Below, in pieces: positions 1 to 13,917 of a DNA stretch of 64,000 bases (positions are counted from its first letter, which is position 1; each line of letters opens with the position of its first letter). The stretch is from the human T2T-CHM13v2.0 reference genome, Homo sapiens. The notes below the pieces were generated by a model. That model was given only the letters and a program-made list of their open reading frames with translations. It had not been told where the DNA came from and did no database searches. Made by a program: the position numbers and the translations under genes. The DNA is taken from assembly GCF_009914755.1 (NCBI RefSeq), contig NC_060936.1, one strand, 5' to 3'.

Positions 1-27
1 CAAACAAACAAACAAAAAAAAAACAAA

Positions 28-315
28 AGAATGAAGACCTTTTTGATGACACTCTTCCACTTAATGAAAAGGAAATACATTTTCTCTTGCTTATAATTTT
101 CTTAACACTTTTTCTCTAGCTTACTTTATTACAAGAATATAGTATATAATACATATAAAATATGTATCAACTGACTATTGATGTTATCAGTAAGGCTTCT
201 GGTCAACAGTAGGCTATTAGCAGTTAAGTTTTTAGGGAATCAAAAGTTATATGCAGATTTTCTGACTATGCAAGAGGTCAGTGCCCCTAATCCCCACTTT
301 GTTCAATGATTATTT
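28..315 (+). mobile_element. Tigger2a/MER28-type DNA transposon, 3' part
   Basis: Matches recalled Tigger2a consensus (gaagacctttttgatga...gtaaggcttctggtcaacagtaggctattag...cccctaatcccc...ttgttcaa). Preceded by an A-rich tail (1-28) of an element that lies outside the window. Confidence 0.85.
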
Positions 316-480
316 GCAATGTAAAACACTAAAGTAACATGAAAAGGATACTTAAATAACAGAAGATTTGACAATTCAGAAAAGTCATTAAGGATTGTGC
401 TAGGCCCAAATTTTATCATAATAAAGAGTAATTTTGTTATCAACAGGAAAATAATCGCAGCTTTAAGATGACTTTCTATG

Positions 481-596
481 TTTTTTAAAAAGGGATGGGT
501 TCTTGCTGTGTTGCCCAGGTTGGACTCAAACTCCTGGGCTCAAGTGATCCTCCCACCTTAGCCTCCTGAGAAGCATCCTTGTAGCCACCATGCCAG
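481..596 (-). mobile_element. FLAM / Alu left monomer
   Basis: gttgcccaggttggactcaaactcctgggctcaagtgatcctcccacc next to a T-rich tail. Confidence 0.85.
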
Positions 597-701
597 AATC
601 TAATTATTTATATGCTGAATAAATAAGTATTTACTGTGGGAAAATAACAACGTGGAGAGAGGGGGTTCTGCTGCTTATACTTGTTTTTATACATTGTTGG
701 T

Positions 702-1193
702 TGTGGTAAAGACTGCTAATTGGTGAACTAACATCCCTTTTCTTTTTTTCTAATATGGAACACTGATTTTTCAGAGTGATGGCAATATACTCAAGCCAAT
801 AAACTATACATTTTCTACATGACTAAGTCATGGCTAATAAGATATGAGTGGATGTTTCTGGATGGGACTTCTGAGGAAAGTGCCTTAAAGCAGAGGGCTG
901 ATGTAGCTGGGATGTAACTCTTTCCTTTGCCCTTCTTCCTCCATGGAACTTGGATGAGATGGCTACAGCTCAGGCAGCCATCTTGGGGCCTGAGGTAACA
1001 ACCACATGTTAAGGATGTCCAAGCAGGAAAAATGGAAGGCTCCTGGGTCCCACTGGTGACTGTAGCATCACTACACGTGGGCCACCAACCTGTAAAATTC
1101 TCATCACAGATGAAAAATAATCAACTAAATTTTTAAAGCCACTATTTTTAGGTCTTTATATCTAGCAGCTGTGTACAATATCTAACCCATCCA
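702..1193 (+). mobile_element. MLT1J-like MaLR solo LTR
   Basis: tgtgg start; ggcagccatcttgg, gctcctgggtccc and ttaaagccactatt...gcagc motifs. Confidence 0.75.
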
Positions 1194-2399
1194 TCAGTAA
1201 AATAGGAATAAAATGGATATGACATCCCACTGAAGTAAGACAGCCTTCTTCAAATTTTAACCAAAACATCCTGTAGGATTTTAACCTCACTGCATAACAC
1301 ATGACAGTTTTATTTCAAGGGAAATCAAAGGAGAGAGGAGCTCCTTTCATGACATTTCAGAGGTAAGTGTGCTAAAGCTGTGGCACTATCACCACAGGGC
1401 ATTATTCTAAACATGGATGCTTATTGCTTTTTTCAGGAGAGAGGTGGTTTTCTACGTACGCTGCAACTAGGAGAGGCAAAAAGGAAATGTGGGGCCCACA
1501 CAGCAAAAGCAGCAGGAATCAAAGTTGCTTGCTTTGTAAATCCTGAGATCGGAATGCTACGTATGTTAGGCTCTCAGAGGTCTAGTTTAATAAAATTCCT
1601 ATTTTAATTACAGCAGCATCCTTAAAGTGCTATCATTAAGGTTGTGTCAGCAATTACTTTTTTACAACCTTATTTTCCAGAGAATAATAAAAATGTGTTT
1701 GGCACTGATACCTAGGGCTGAAAGCTGGCACTCAGCTCTCCAACTATGCGCTTTTCCTTGCTTCTGACAAATTGGAAGAGAACCTGTACTGTGCTTCCTT
1801 GAAACTGTGAAAATTCTAAATGATCAGACCTCCAAATTGCTTTGCCTTTGATTGTCTGAAATTCAGGTCTATGAACTGTCAGGGGCGATCACTGCTGTCA
1901 TGTTTCAGGATGAGAAATGTGGTTTCTACAGTAACAACAGCTCAGATTGATTAGGGCTTAAAAATTAAAATCACCCCTCTGAACTGTACTTTAAAGAAGG
2001 AAACAAGAGTCAAAATACAGAGGTATTCATTTTCTTAGTATACAGATCTATGATGGAATGATTTGTGAGGAACAAGATATTTTAAGATATTTTAAAATAA
2101 ACAAGATATTTTAAAAAGGGAAAGAATTAGATCAGTGTGGGAAGATAACTTCAGAAACAGATAACTTCCCTCCATAGATGGACAGGAATAAACATTTGTT
2201 TTGTGAATGGTAGGAAGAGTGTTATAAAAATGCAGCAAAAAAGGCAGCATTAGGAAATTCATTCTTAAAAAGAAACATCGCTAGACTAATTGAGGCTTAA
2301 AGAAGAGTGGAATCTCTTATAAAAGTGATTTTATATTAAAGGCTGCATATTATGTCAAGCCTCAATTATGGTAATAATATTAAGTCTACGTAATATAAT

Positions 2400-2590
2400 A
2401 ACTCAAATTTATTGAGCATGAAGTGTGGACAGGTCTTTTGATAATATTTTTACATGTATGAACTCATTTAACATGAATGACAATCCTGTGAGGTGGGTAC
2501 TTCTATGATGTCCTTGCACAGTTTCTCCAGTAGAAACTGGGACAAAGAAGTGCTCAAATGCTTGTCCTCACAGCAGTGATGGGAAGCAAA
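2400..2590 (-). mobile_element. MIR SINE
   Basis: atttattgagc...aactcatttaa...acaatcctgtgaggtgggtact...gaaactgg (antisense MIR core). Confidence 0.7.
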
Positions 2591-3475
2591 AAGTGGAGTC
2601 CCTGTTGTTCTTCTCAATAGGATTTATAGGAGCGTGATTGTTCTGGATTGTGTGCAAATCTATGGAATAGTAAGTTTTATTATAACAGACTTCCATGGTT
2701 CTATGAAAGGATGAGTGGGTTTTAAGATACTCATAGAGAAAGTAAAAATATGCTTATAATGTCGAAGTAAATAATAAGAATTTTCTGAGGCATAGGAAAA
2801 AGACTGCAAGAGAAAGAGTAATTCTGGAGTAAAGAAAAGTTATAGGAACAAAGTCACTAAAAGAGACTGTGAAGTCAATAATAAACACGCTCACTAGCCC
2901 AGTGACAGCGGTGGCAGGGGAATCCAAGAGCATAACAATCTCACAGTCTGGACATAAATTTCTGACTCACTTCTTACTGCCTGGAGTCATTCTAAGACGG
3001 CTTTATGACAAAAGGGAAAATCTGATTAAACTTGGTAGGAAGATAAAAAAGTTTAAGTGGCAGCAGGAGGGGAAAAAAAGAAATGGAGGTGACAAGAGAG
3101 GAGAAAACCTGAGAACAAAGGTGACAGGAAGGGGAGAGTAAGGTGTCAGGGGAAAGAGACCATCAAGAAGTAGTCTGAGAAAATAGGCCAAATAAGCAGG
3201 GCAATCGATCATAAGTGGCGGGACTTCCAGATGCAAAAGCTGCCATTACGAAGACAAATCTCTCCATAATCCCAGGTCTTAATCATTTTCAGCCTGACTC
3301 TATCCCAAAGACAATATGCCTCAGCATTAAACTGTATTTACAGGCACTCCCTCCACTCCCCCCTGACTAGTGGGCAAAGATGGCCCTTGGGATATCATGC
3401 AGCTGAATGAGAAGAGGGATCTTGAGACACATATGAGATGTGGCACCCAGGAGAAGAAGAGAAGGTGAACATAAA

Positions 3476-4119
3476 CAGTTCACCCTTAAACAATGCTGAG
3501 GGGTTGGGGAGGGCTGACCCCTGCACAGTCAAAAATCTGTGTATAGCTTTTGACTCCCACCAAACTTCACTAAGAGCTTACTGTTGACCAGAAGGCTTTC
3601 TGATAACATAAACAGTCAATTATTATATTTTTCTTCAGAGACAGGGTCTTGCTCTGTTGCCTAGGCTGGAATACAGTGGCACCATCATAGCACACCAATC
3701 ATAGCTCACTGTAACCTCCAACTCCTGGGCTCCAGCAATCCTCTTACCTCAACCTCCCAAGTTGTTAGGATTACAGGTGTGCACCACCGTGCCTGGCTAA
3801 TTTTTTTTTTTTTTTTTTAGGATACAGGGTCTTGCTATGTTTTCTAGGTTGGTCTCAAACTCTGCAATTAACATATTTTTGTATAAGTATTATATACTGT
3901 ATTCTTAAAGCTAGAAAGAAAATCATAAGGAAGAGAAAATAGATTTACTTTTCATTGAGTAGAAGTGGGTCATCATAAGGGTCTTCATCCTCCTTGTCTT
4001 TATGTTCAGTAGGCTGAGGAGCAGGAGGAAAAGAAGGGGTTGATGTTGCTATCTCAGGGGTGGCAGAGGTGGAAGAAAATCTGCACACTAGTGAACCCAT
4101 GCAATTCAAGGGTCAACTA
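3476..4119 (-). mobile_element. Tigger2a/MER28, near full length, interrupted by an AluJ
   Basis: Terminal inverted repeats cagttcacccttaaa (3476) and ttcaagggtcaacta (~4105-4119). Internal sequence is the reverse complement of the element at 28-315. Confidence 0.85.
3624..3863 (-). mobile_element. AluJ, 5'-truncated, inserted in Tigger2a
   Basis: J-type atcatagctcactgtaacctc...ctcctgggctc; caatta on both flanks (probable TSD). Confidence 0.9.
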
Positions 4120-4381
4120 TATTTTAAATGTTTAAATTGATATTCATCTGCTACTAAAAGTCCCTGAAAAAAAGTTATATGAAAAATTTAAAAAGATATT
4201 TGGAAAGAATTTCACTAGGTAGATAAATTGATACCATAAAGATACATTGGAACTAGACAAGATCCACTATGACATTTTCTGGAAAAGTAGTCTGCAAATT
4301 GAATATACATCAGTGCTTGCTTTGATATACAGTTTGCAAGTCATTTTTTTTTTTTTTTTGAAATTGTGTTAAAACCCTTAC

Positions 4382-4442
4382 ATTCTAACATTCCCTGGGC
4401 TCTGCAGACTGACAACTATTCATCAGGGATTTTCAGGTACAG
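4382..4442 (-). other. Candidate 61-nt non-coding/poison cassette exon
   Basis: Branch point TTCTAAC (A at -27), acceptor tattttttgccgcttcgcAG, donor AAT|GTAAGG; stop codons in all three frames. Confidence 0.3.
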
Positions 4443-4705
4443 CTGCGAAGCGGCAAAAAATACTAATGTTAGAAGAGCTGGCCACGATCATGTGTGCATC
4501 TGGGTGGGTTGAATAAATTATGGGGCTAAACAAGGGTCAGTTTCCTTCCCTTGGATACAGGGGTTACTATGTCATTCCCCTCAGTTGCATAAGATGCTTG
4601 TTTGCTTAGGTTGCAGTTCACTGTGACTGACTCGTTTTTTTCTTTCTAGGTTCTGCAAATTGTCCTCTGTTTCACCTCTAGTGATTTCCAGGCTACCCTC
4701 TATCT

Positions 4706-4992
<287 letters not shown>

Positions 4993-5164
4993 TCACCTCA
5001 GAAAGTCATCTCATTACTCCTTATCTCTCCAGCATTTCCAGCATAATTTCTATCTTCCTCTTCCTCGAACTCAGTATCTCTTTGACAATATTTTTAAAAG
5101 TTAGCAATATTGCCACATCACTTCACTGTATCTTGCACTCATTTTTTTTTACTCTTTTATTTTG

Positions 5165-6225
<1,061 letters not shown>

Positions 6226-6609
6226 TAAATGCCCTTGATATCCTCCTAGTGCAATGACATGAAGGTGTATATCTGTTTCCAGAATGGAAGCTGACTTTTC
6301 TACGTTGCCTCTCCACTCATGCCAGAAGCCATCCTACCCAATTCCTCCTTTACATACTCAGGGTTCTTCTGTCCTTCACTTTGTTCAGAGGTTCCCCAGG
6401 AACTTTGATCCTTGACTTGGAGAGCCTTATATATTTGTTCATAGATTAACATGATTAATAAGTCAGTACATTCTCCAGTGACCACAAACACCGGGTCTAT
6501 AATGTGCTCTGGTCACGATAAAATTCTGGGCTAAAAAGTCATCAAAGAAGTACCTTGTCTACTGTAACTCATGCCAACAGGACAACTAAGAGATTAGATA
6601 ATAATCATT

Positions 6610-6805
6610 ATGATTAACACCTACTGAGTACTTATGAATATACCAGGTTTTCTAGTTTGATGATGAATGTAAACCTCACAGAACTCTTATGTCCTATAAT
6701 TTATCTCAATTTTACAGAAGAAAAGACTGAGGCTTAGAAGGCCAAAGTAATTTGCACAAAGAATGTATGGTGGAGCCAGCAGTCTTACTCTGCAACTGAC
6801 TGACT
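6610..6805 (-). mobile_element. MIR SINE
   Basis: aacacctactgagtactt...attttacagaagaaaagactgaggcttaga. Confidence 0.7.
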
Positions 6806-6997
6806 TATTTGATAAGGTAATACACATCTCACAAGCAGAAGCTTTATCTTCTATGAAGGAATCTTTGGCTCCAAGCCCCATGCACCAGTTAAAGGCATTG
6901 CTGAGATATCCCACAGTCTCAGTGATAGCCATATTTGTCAAACTGATTATTGAGATTCTGATTCCCTTAGTGAGGGGAGCATTTAATAGTCCTCCAT

Positions 6998-7186
6998 GGT
7001 GCGGGGGCAGGGAAGTGACAGGAGAGGGAGAGCATCAGGATAAATAGCTAATGCATGCTGGGCATAATACCTAGGTGATGGGTTGATGGGTGCAGCAAAC
7101 CACCATGGCACACATTTACCTATGAAACAAACCTGCACATCCTGCACATGTATCCCAGAACCTAAAATAAAATAAAAAAAAAAAAA
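6998..7186 (+). mobile_element. L1PA (older, about PA10-14) 3' end with TSD
   Basis: gcatcaggataaatagctaatgcatgc...aacctgcacatcctgcacatgtatccc followed by poly(A); agtcctccat duplicated at 6988-6997 and 7189-7198. Confidence 0.93.
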
Positions 7187-8089
7187 CCAGTCCTCCATCC
7201 AGTCCCCTCTTTCTAACCTGAAACCCAGCCTCCTTTCATGTTCTGAGAATAAGGAATAATACTGAATAAGGAAAAATCAGCATCATGCCAAACTTCCTAT
7301 AAGTCTGTTGAGGCTCAGTCCTCAATAGTAGTCTCTACCCATCTTCCTCACTCATGAATTCTAGGAAATGGATTAGGAAGCTGAGTCTGTCCCCAAGTCT
7401 GCAGCCCAGCAGCCTCAAGACTGAGATCCTCCCCTTGTCAGCTCTCCCCTGTGACCCTGAGTCCTGCCATTTTTATCCAAGCTCTTCTGACAGATGCCCT
7501 TAATGTGAACTAAGGAGAGCCTCAGATAGAGCTGTGCCAAGAAACCTGGTGACTGGGTGTGGTCTGGCAATCAGATGTCCTTGTTGCTATGCCATGTCTG
7601 TTAGATCACTGATGATGAATATACATCTTGCAAAAATCACCGATTTTTCATTCTGTCTGGCCTTCCTAGCCCCACTTTTACCCTAGATGGAAAAGATCTA
7701 ATTTCAGGTTTGCCTTCCTCAGCTGGATCTGGCCATCTGAATTTAACTGGACCATCCTCACCCCTGTCCGTGCCTATGAGTCATAAGTGATACAAATGTC
7801 AGCATCAGCATCAGTGTACAGTTCTTGACTTCAACAAAGGATGTTAAGACTGCAGTCACTCCGGTTTTTCTCCTAGAATCTGAACTGTGGCCAGAAATAA
7901 TTTCTGGCTCCTGGCCCATGGCATAGATGGTTTGAAACCTGAGTTCTAACGCCAAAAGTGCTTTTAACTCATTAAAGATGTTGGAAAAACCACTTAGCCT
8001 TCTGTTGATTCATCCCATTAGAAGAATACAAGCCAAACTATAGGGAGGTAAATGAAGACTGTATTTAGAATCAAACTTACATCTATAAG

Positions 8090-8300
8090 AGCAGTTAATA
8101 TTTATGGAGCACTAATGTGCCAGACACTGTGCTAGATGCCTTGGATAATTATCTCATGCAATCCTCACAACAACTCATGAATATATAATGAGATTATTTA
8201 AACGTTATATTTGAGAAAAATTAGGCTTGGAGAGATAAAAAAAAAAACTAAGATTAAAGAGCTAGGACATGCTGGAAGCAGGAGCCAACCAAAGTCCTCT
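8090..8300 (-). mobile_element. MIR SINE
   Basis: atgtgccagacactgtgctagatgc...atctcatgcaatcctcacaacaac. Confidence 0.75.
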
Positions 8301-8931
8301 TTCTCAACCCTGGGTGGAGGAGTTCATATTCTCTCTCAGCATAGCCAGATGCATATGTGATATGGGCACATATGCTTTCAATGTATGCACATTTAATTTT
8401 CAAAGCTAGAAATTCAATTAAAGAAAAAAAATGTCCAATTTGACCAAGGCTCCTTGAAACGGGCTTGGTTGTGAAGAATGATGCTCAGAAAAACAGCTCC
8501 CCTTTCTCTAACAATTGTTCCCAGCTCTCTTTCATAGAAGATGCAACATCTACTCCTACTAATACAAATAAAAGAGAATTATTCTGAAGCAATTTCTTCT
8601 CCTAAGTGCTTTTTGTATAGGATATCTATCCATAATCAACATTTGATAGCAGTTCTTACTTTTTAAAAAAGTACTTAAAAACCCTTTATTTCAAAGGGAT
8701 TGTCTGTAGGGCTTGTCCATGAAAATAATTCTCCAATTATGCTATACATTCTCTTTACTCATCTCCACCTCCTACATTAAAAATAAACTTTCCAAAACAG
8801 ATAAAACAACTACCTAAAAAGAAATTAACCAACTCAGAGGGAAAATGTGGGGATAAAGTAAGATCGGCATTCAGAAAGTTAACTTGTCGCAGAGATAAAA
8901 GATAGTCCCACCAACAGGGTATGGGGCTAGG

Positions 8932-9245
8932 CCAGCACTATCCAGTAGAAATATTATGTGTGTCACATATGTAATTTTAAATTTTCTGTAGTCACATGTA
9001 AGCAAATATAAAAAAATGTGAAATTAATTTTAATAATATTTATTTAATGCCAAAAATTTCCCATTTCAACATGTAATCAATCTAAACGTTATTAAGGTTT
9101 CATATTGGGGGGTTGCTAAGATTTGGAATCTGGTATGTATTCTGTACTTACAGCACATCTCAATTTGGACTAGCTACATTTCAAATGCTCTATAGCCAGC
9201 CACATGCAGCTAGTGGCTATGGTATTATCAGATAGGACAGACTAG
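8932..9245. mobile_element. MER33 (hAT-Charlie MITE)
   Basis: tccagtagaaatattatg...cacatatgtaattttaaattttct...cttacagcacatctcaatttggactagc...gctagtggcta. Confidence 0.85.
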
Positions 9246-10539
9246 ACCATCACTAATCTGTGAATATTCTTCAAGTTTCTAAACATAATGGCTTCCCATC
9301 TTTAGAAAACAGCCAGCTTTTTCCTTATGCTTTTCTTTGCCAAGCACTGTTTCTTTTCATTGCTTCCCAACCTCTCTACCAATTCTTCACTCAACTCATA
9401 CTAAAGAAAACAATTTTCTGTCAACAGCTCACAATACTAAAGTGTAGAATTATACACCACTGTACCTTTTTCTTCTCTGCTTTATACAGTAACTAGGTTA
9501 TTTCCCTGCTCTAGTATTACTTTATTTTCATACCTCTTGCCTTTGATTTATGAGGGCTGCCAGTTTCTCTGAGGTTTAGTACTGAAAACTCCATAAAGTT
9601 TCCTCTCTGAGAGGTCTGGTGTTTCTTTCTGACATTAACTGTGCTGTTATATTTGCATTTTTACTGGAAGCCACCTCAACTCATCTTTCTTTCAAAGAAG
9701 TTGGGATATTTTGTTACAAATGAACTAGTAATAAAATAGTTTCCTTAGGAAAACGGAGAGAAACTGATACCAAACAGAAATATTTGCTTGTAATCTTCAA
9801 GGAACCAGTACAAATTGCTACACGCAGCTATGCCACCCACAAGGGCATCCTGACAAGACTACCAGCACCTCAAGAAGTAGAATGGATTACTACAGGAAGG
9901 TGATTATAAAGTCAAGTAAAAACAACAACAGCACTTCCAGGATCATCTTGAAGAAAGGTTAATTGGAAAGGAAGTGATAAACAGATTTACACTATTTGGA
10001 TAAGAAGGATCTATGGCTATTTCTGGTGTATCATAATACACTCATTTACTCAGAAAAATGTTAAAAAAAAAAGTGCATTGCAAAGTTGTTTCAAGTGAGA
10101 GATAGAACAGGAAATAGAAAACAACATTTGAGGAAGTGGCTGCTCCTTCCCTAGATGATCATATAAAATGGCAAGCTGAGAGAAGAAAAGGGCAAATGAG
10201 ACATGATGAGGTAATAAAAAATAGAGAATGTCAGTCAAATTTATTATCTATTTTTGACAATTAAAACCAGTAGTTAATTGTAGGCAGTTAATGACTAGCA
10301 AAAGTAGGAGGAAAAATAGTCAATGTAAGAATTAAATTCTTATTGAAAAAAAGAACAGTACATACCTCTCTGTCATAAGAACAGGTAGCATTTAGAAAAT
10401 GAAACTTTTCAATGTACCACAGAAACAGCAGCCTTTCCTGATTGGAAGAGATGTCTACTTCTTAAGACAAACAAGCAGCCGTCCAAAACCCATGGTAGCA
10501 ATAATAGACATGAAAAATAAATAAAGAAGAGAACCATTC

Positions 10540-10635
10540 TCCAGCTAGAATGCAAGGACTGCATTTACTCACCTAACATCTACCCCAGGGATTAGATGGC
10601 ATGCAACAGGTACTCATTAAATATTTGTTGAAAAT
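10540..10635 (+). mobile_element. L2 3' terminal fragment
   Basis: ctagaatgcaag...aggtactcattaaatatttgttgaa. Confidence 0.6.
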
Positions 10636-12842
10636 ATTTTTGGGGAATGATTATAGCTGTAGGTTACTAGTAGGTATAGTTGTATTCCCAAATATGTTGG
10701 GGTAGAAACAATGCTGAGAACCACTGGGCGAGTGGCAACCTCCCCCAAAGTGGAAGGATTAAGTCTGGGTGGTAGCAGGAGTCTTGCTATTATCCAAGCT
10801 GGTGGAGTGACCAGGGAAACTTTATTATGAATCCTAAACAGAGTAGGGGTCATGAGGAGGAACCCTTTCAGAAGCCAAGGTATGACTGATCCAATTAGAT
10901 CCGTGGATCAAGAGCCAGGGACCTGGAAGAAGTCAATATATCAGCCAGAATAAATAGTGATCATACTTTCCAAGGGGCAAGTTGAATCAATGATGTCCAT
11001 AACGTAAATAGGCTTTTTTTTGTGTGTGTGTGTGTGTGGCCATGCACTCAACCTTTACCAGGATCCTGTCCTGGAGTGTCTAGGATACTGTGCAAATCCC
11101 CAGATTATAAGATAACAAGGAGGAGGAGGAAAGCCAACATTATCCAATAAAGCCAGACAAAGTTAATAGTGTTAAAATTGGTGTGCCGGTAAATTAATCA
11201 ATTTTCTATTCAAAAACATCAGTTACCAGTGGATTGCCACAAGGGCTACAGCTATGGAAAGACTGAAATCTTTGTAGAGGACCTTTCCTCCATTACATAT
11301 TCAAGTGAAAGGAGGCAATTTTCATTGACAGTAGCTTCTCTACCTTCCACTCAAAAATACAGATCCTATAGCTGTACAGAATTCCTTGTCCTTATCTATG
11401 ATAATAGTAATTTCTTTTTCAGGTTCCTTCAGTGCTTTTCCATTGCTTCCTGTGTCTTAATTAAAATATTATCTTCATACTATGAGCATGCTCTCTAGAG
11501 AGCTACCTAGCTCTCATTCTTCCAGGTGCTGCCAGTGGAAAGTTACCAAAGCAAGTAACAGAGTAAGTTAATAAACAAGCAAATGAGTACATACATAAAT
11601 ACATGAAAATGAAAGTAATAAAACATTGCCTAAATCTAATTTAATTTATTATACTGTTTTCCCATCATGCCACACCAGTACATTTATCTTCTATTCCTGA
11701 AAAAAAAAGGTTCATTCCTATAAGGATAGGCTTTCTCTTCCCTTTCACGCTTTCTCTAGTCATTACATTTTTTCTGCAATTATTAGCCTGCTCTTTTTAG
11801 GACACTGTGCCCGGGAGATAATAAACATAATGCCCTATATGTCCTACACAGATATTTTTGATGAGCTTCTGGTTCCTCTTTCTCCATGAATCCTCAGCTA
11901 GATTCCTGCTGCCTGGTCTGTCTTCCTGGGTTTGGGTCCTACGGTGCATTCTGACCGCCAAGATTTGTTTGAATAATAGTTCCTGATTGTGAAGCAATCT
12001 GCTCTGGACTGCTAAACTCATTGCAGACCTCCAGCTACATGTTAACCTTTCATTGCCTGGTTCTCCTAGAGGCCTGGCCCATCAGCCCATATATCTCCTG
12101 TCTTTGCACATTAGCCCAGCTACTAGTGCTTCAGTCTCAGTACCTCATTCTCTGTATACAACCCAGTGCCGCCCAGCCTTTGACACTACTTAAAGGTTAT
12201 TTTCCTTCATCCTTTGAGTAACTCATCCATCATAATTTAGTTTTATACACAGAAATCTTACTCAATTATATTACAGACAGTTCTATTAATACTGCTGACA
12301 TTTACTAAATGTGTAGTATTGTATGGCTATGTTATATATCACAGCAAGAAATTAATGAATTTGGCTTCTGGTTTTAACAATCATTCTGGTCCTATAAAAG
12401 GCAAACTTAGGAGTATCGCTTTGCAGGGGCCACTTGAATTTCAGGGACAAACATTTTACACGTCACCTGATGGCCATAACTGAAAGGATTGCTTCATCAG
12501 ATAAGGTCCATAGATAACAAGCAACATGGAGATTTCTATGGGCTCCCTGGTGGTAAAGCTGCCAAATTACCTCAATAGGATGTCAGACTCCAACATATAT
12601 AAACTAGTCAGTAAAAAGGACTGCAGTTTTGCAGAATCAGCATTTAGGAATGGTCAGTAAAACCCTGAAGAAAATACACAAATGACTTACAGATTATTCA
12701 TATAGAGAACAGAAAGACTTCCTATGTTTGCTCAAGACTATAGATGAATCAAAGCTGAAGAAAGACAAGGTACATAGAGTAAATAAATTAGAACCCACAT
12801 AGAGTAAATAATAAGGAAAAACAGGCTGATTAATAAATGTAG

Positions 12843-13330
12843 TCATTCATTCAACATTTATTCTATGCCCACTAGGTCCCAAATATTGCACTTGGAGTTC
12901 TAAACACAAAGATAAGCAAGACAATGTTTTTGTTCTTGAGCAGCTTACCTTCCAGTGGATAAAGCAAATACACGCATGAAAGACTACAATAGAAGATAAA
13001 TGCTGTAGGAGAATTATGCAAAGCACTTCACAGAGCAGAGAGAAATGACCAATTTCACAGAGCAAGTAGAAGTAAACTTAGAGGAATATCATAAAAAGGA
13101 TAAGACTTGACATGCAGAAGGAGAGGGATAGGGACATTTCAAAATGTAAGAAAAGGTCAGAAACACCAAAGGAAAGAGGTAAAGATAGTACAGCGTACTA
13201 AAAAAGACCTTTTAGAAGCAGGGCACAGAGGTGTCCCAGAAGCCATGACAGGAGAGATGTTCAGTGATCAGAGTATAGTCTGTAAGGTCAGAAGCGGCAA
13301 AGCCAGGTCACTGAAGTGCAGGGCCCCTCT
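12843..13330 (-). mobile_element. L2 3' region
   Basis: tcattcattcaacatttatt tail; gagcagcttaccttccagtgg. Confidence 0.7.
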
Positions 13331-13764
13331 GTTCAGCAACACCCAATCAGAGATGGGTGGTACTTTGGCTGCTGTGGAGGATACTGAAAGCTTCAAATTT
13401 GAAAAGGATAAGTTGGTGTGCTTAAAGTTAGTTCTCAAATATATTAGCTTAGGATATTTCACAAAATGAACACCATAGGAAGGACCAGTGCAGGCAGAAG
13501 ACAATACAAATTCTGCATTGGCAGAATTTGCTGGCTGCCACATCGATTGAATATAAAAACAGTGAAAAGGGAAGGAAACATCAGAAATCTTGTTGTTTGA
13601 AAAATAAAATAAAGCTGCTGAACTGACTGGGAGAACTTAGAAGAGAAATCAATCTCTATAAGAAGAGCTAAAAGAAAATTTATAAATGAAAGAACATCCA
13701 AAGAGCCACTTATTTCCATAACTTATTCATGGATACATTGCATATTTCATAGCATTGAAGCCTG

Positions 13765-13917
13765 AAAATGTGTTCACAGCCCAGCAGCATTGGCATCTCC
13801 TGGAAGTTTGTTAGAAATGCAGAATCTTAGGTGGCACTTCAGACCTGTTCATTCAGAATCTGCAGTTCATTAAGAGCCCTATATGAATCACATGCACATT
13901 GACGTTTGAGAGGCACC
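13765..13917. mobile_element. MER5A (hAT-Charlie MITE)
   Basis: cagcagcattggcatctcctggaagtttgttagaaatgcagaatctt...tcagaatctgca...gtttgaga. Confidence 0.85.

Noticed and set aside
2070-2170. Short local duplications (aacaagatattttaa; also 12772-12810, 29931-29987, 31451-31486, 59051-59075)
   Set aside because: Two to three copy slippage duplications, common in mammalian DNA and with no higher-order structure.
11021-11038. (TG)9 tracts here and at 15436 as Z-DNA elements
   Set aside because: Too short to be notable.
10680-12230. GC-richer blocks (10680-11100, 11800-12230; also 7300-7900 and 53700-54300) as possible old LTRs or exons
   Set aside because: I could not assign a family, termini or a reading frame by eye; a Dfam search is needed.
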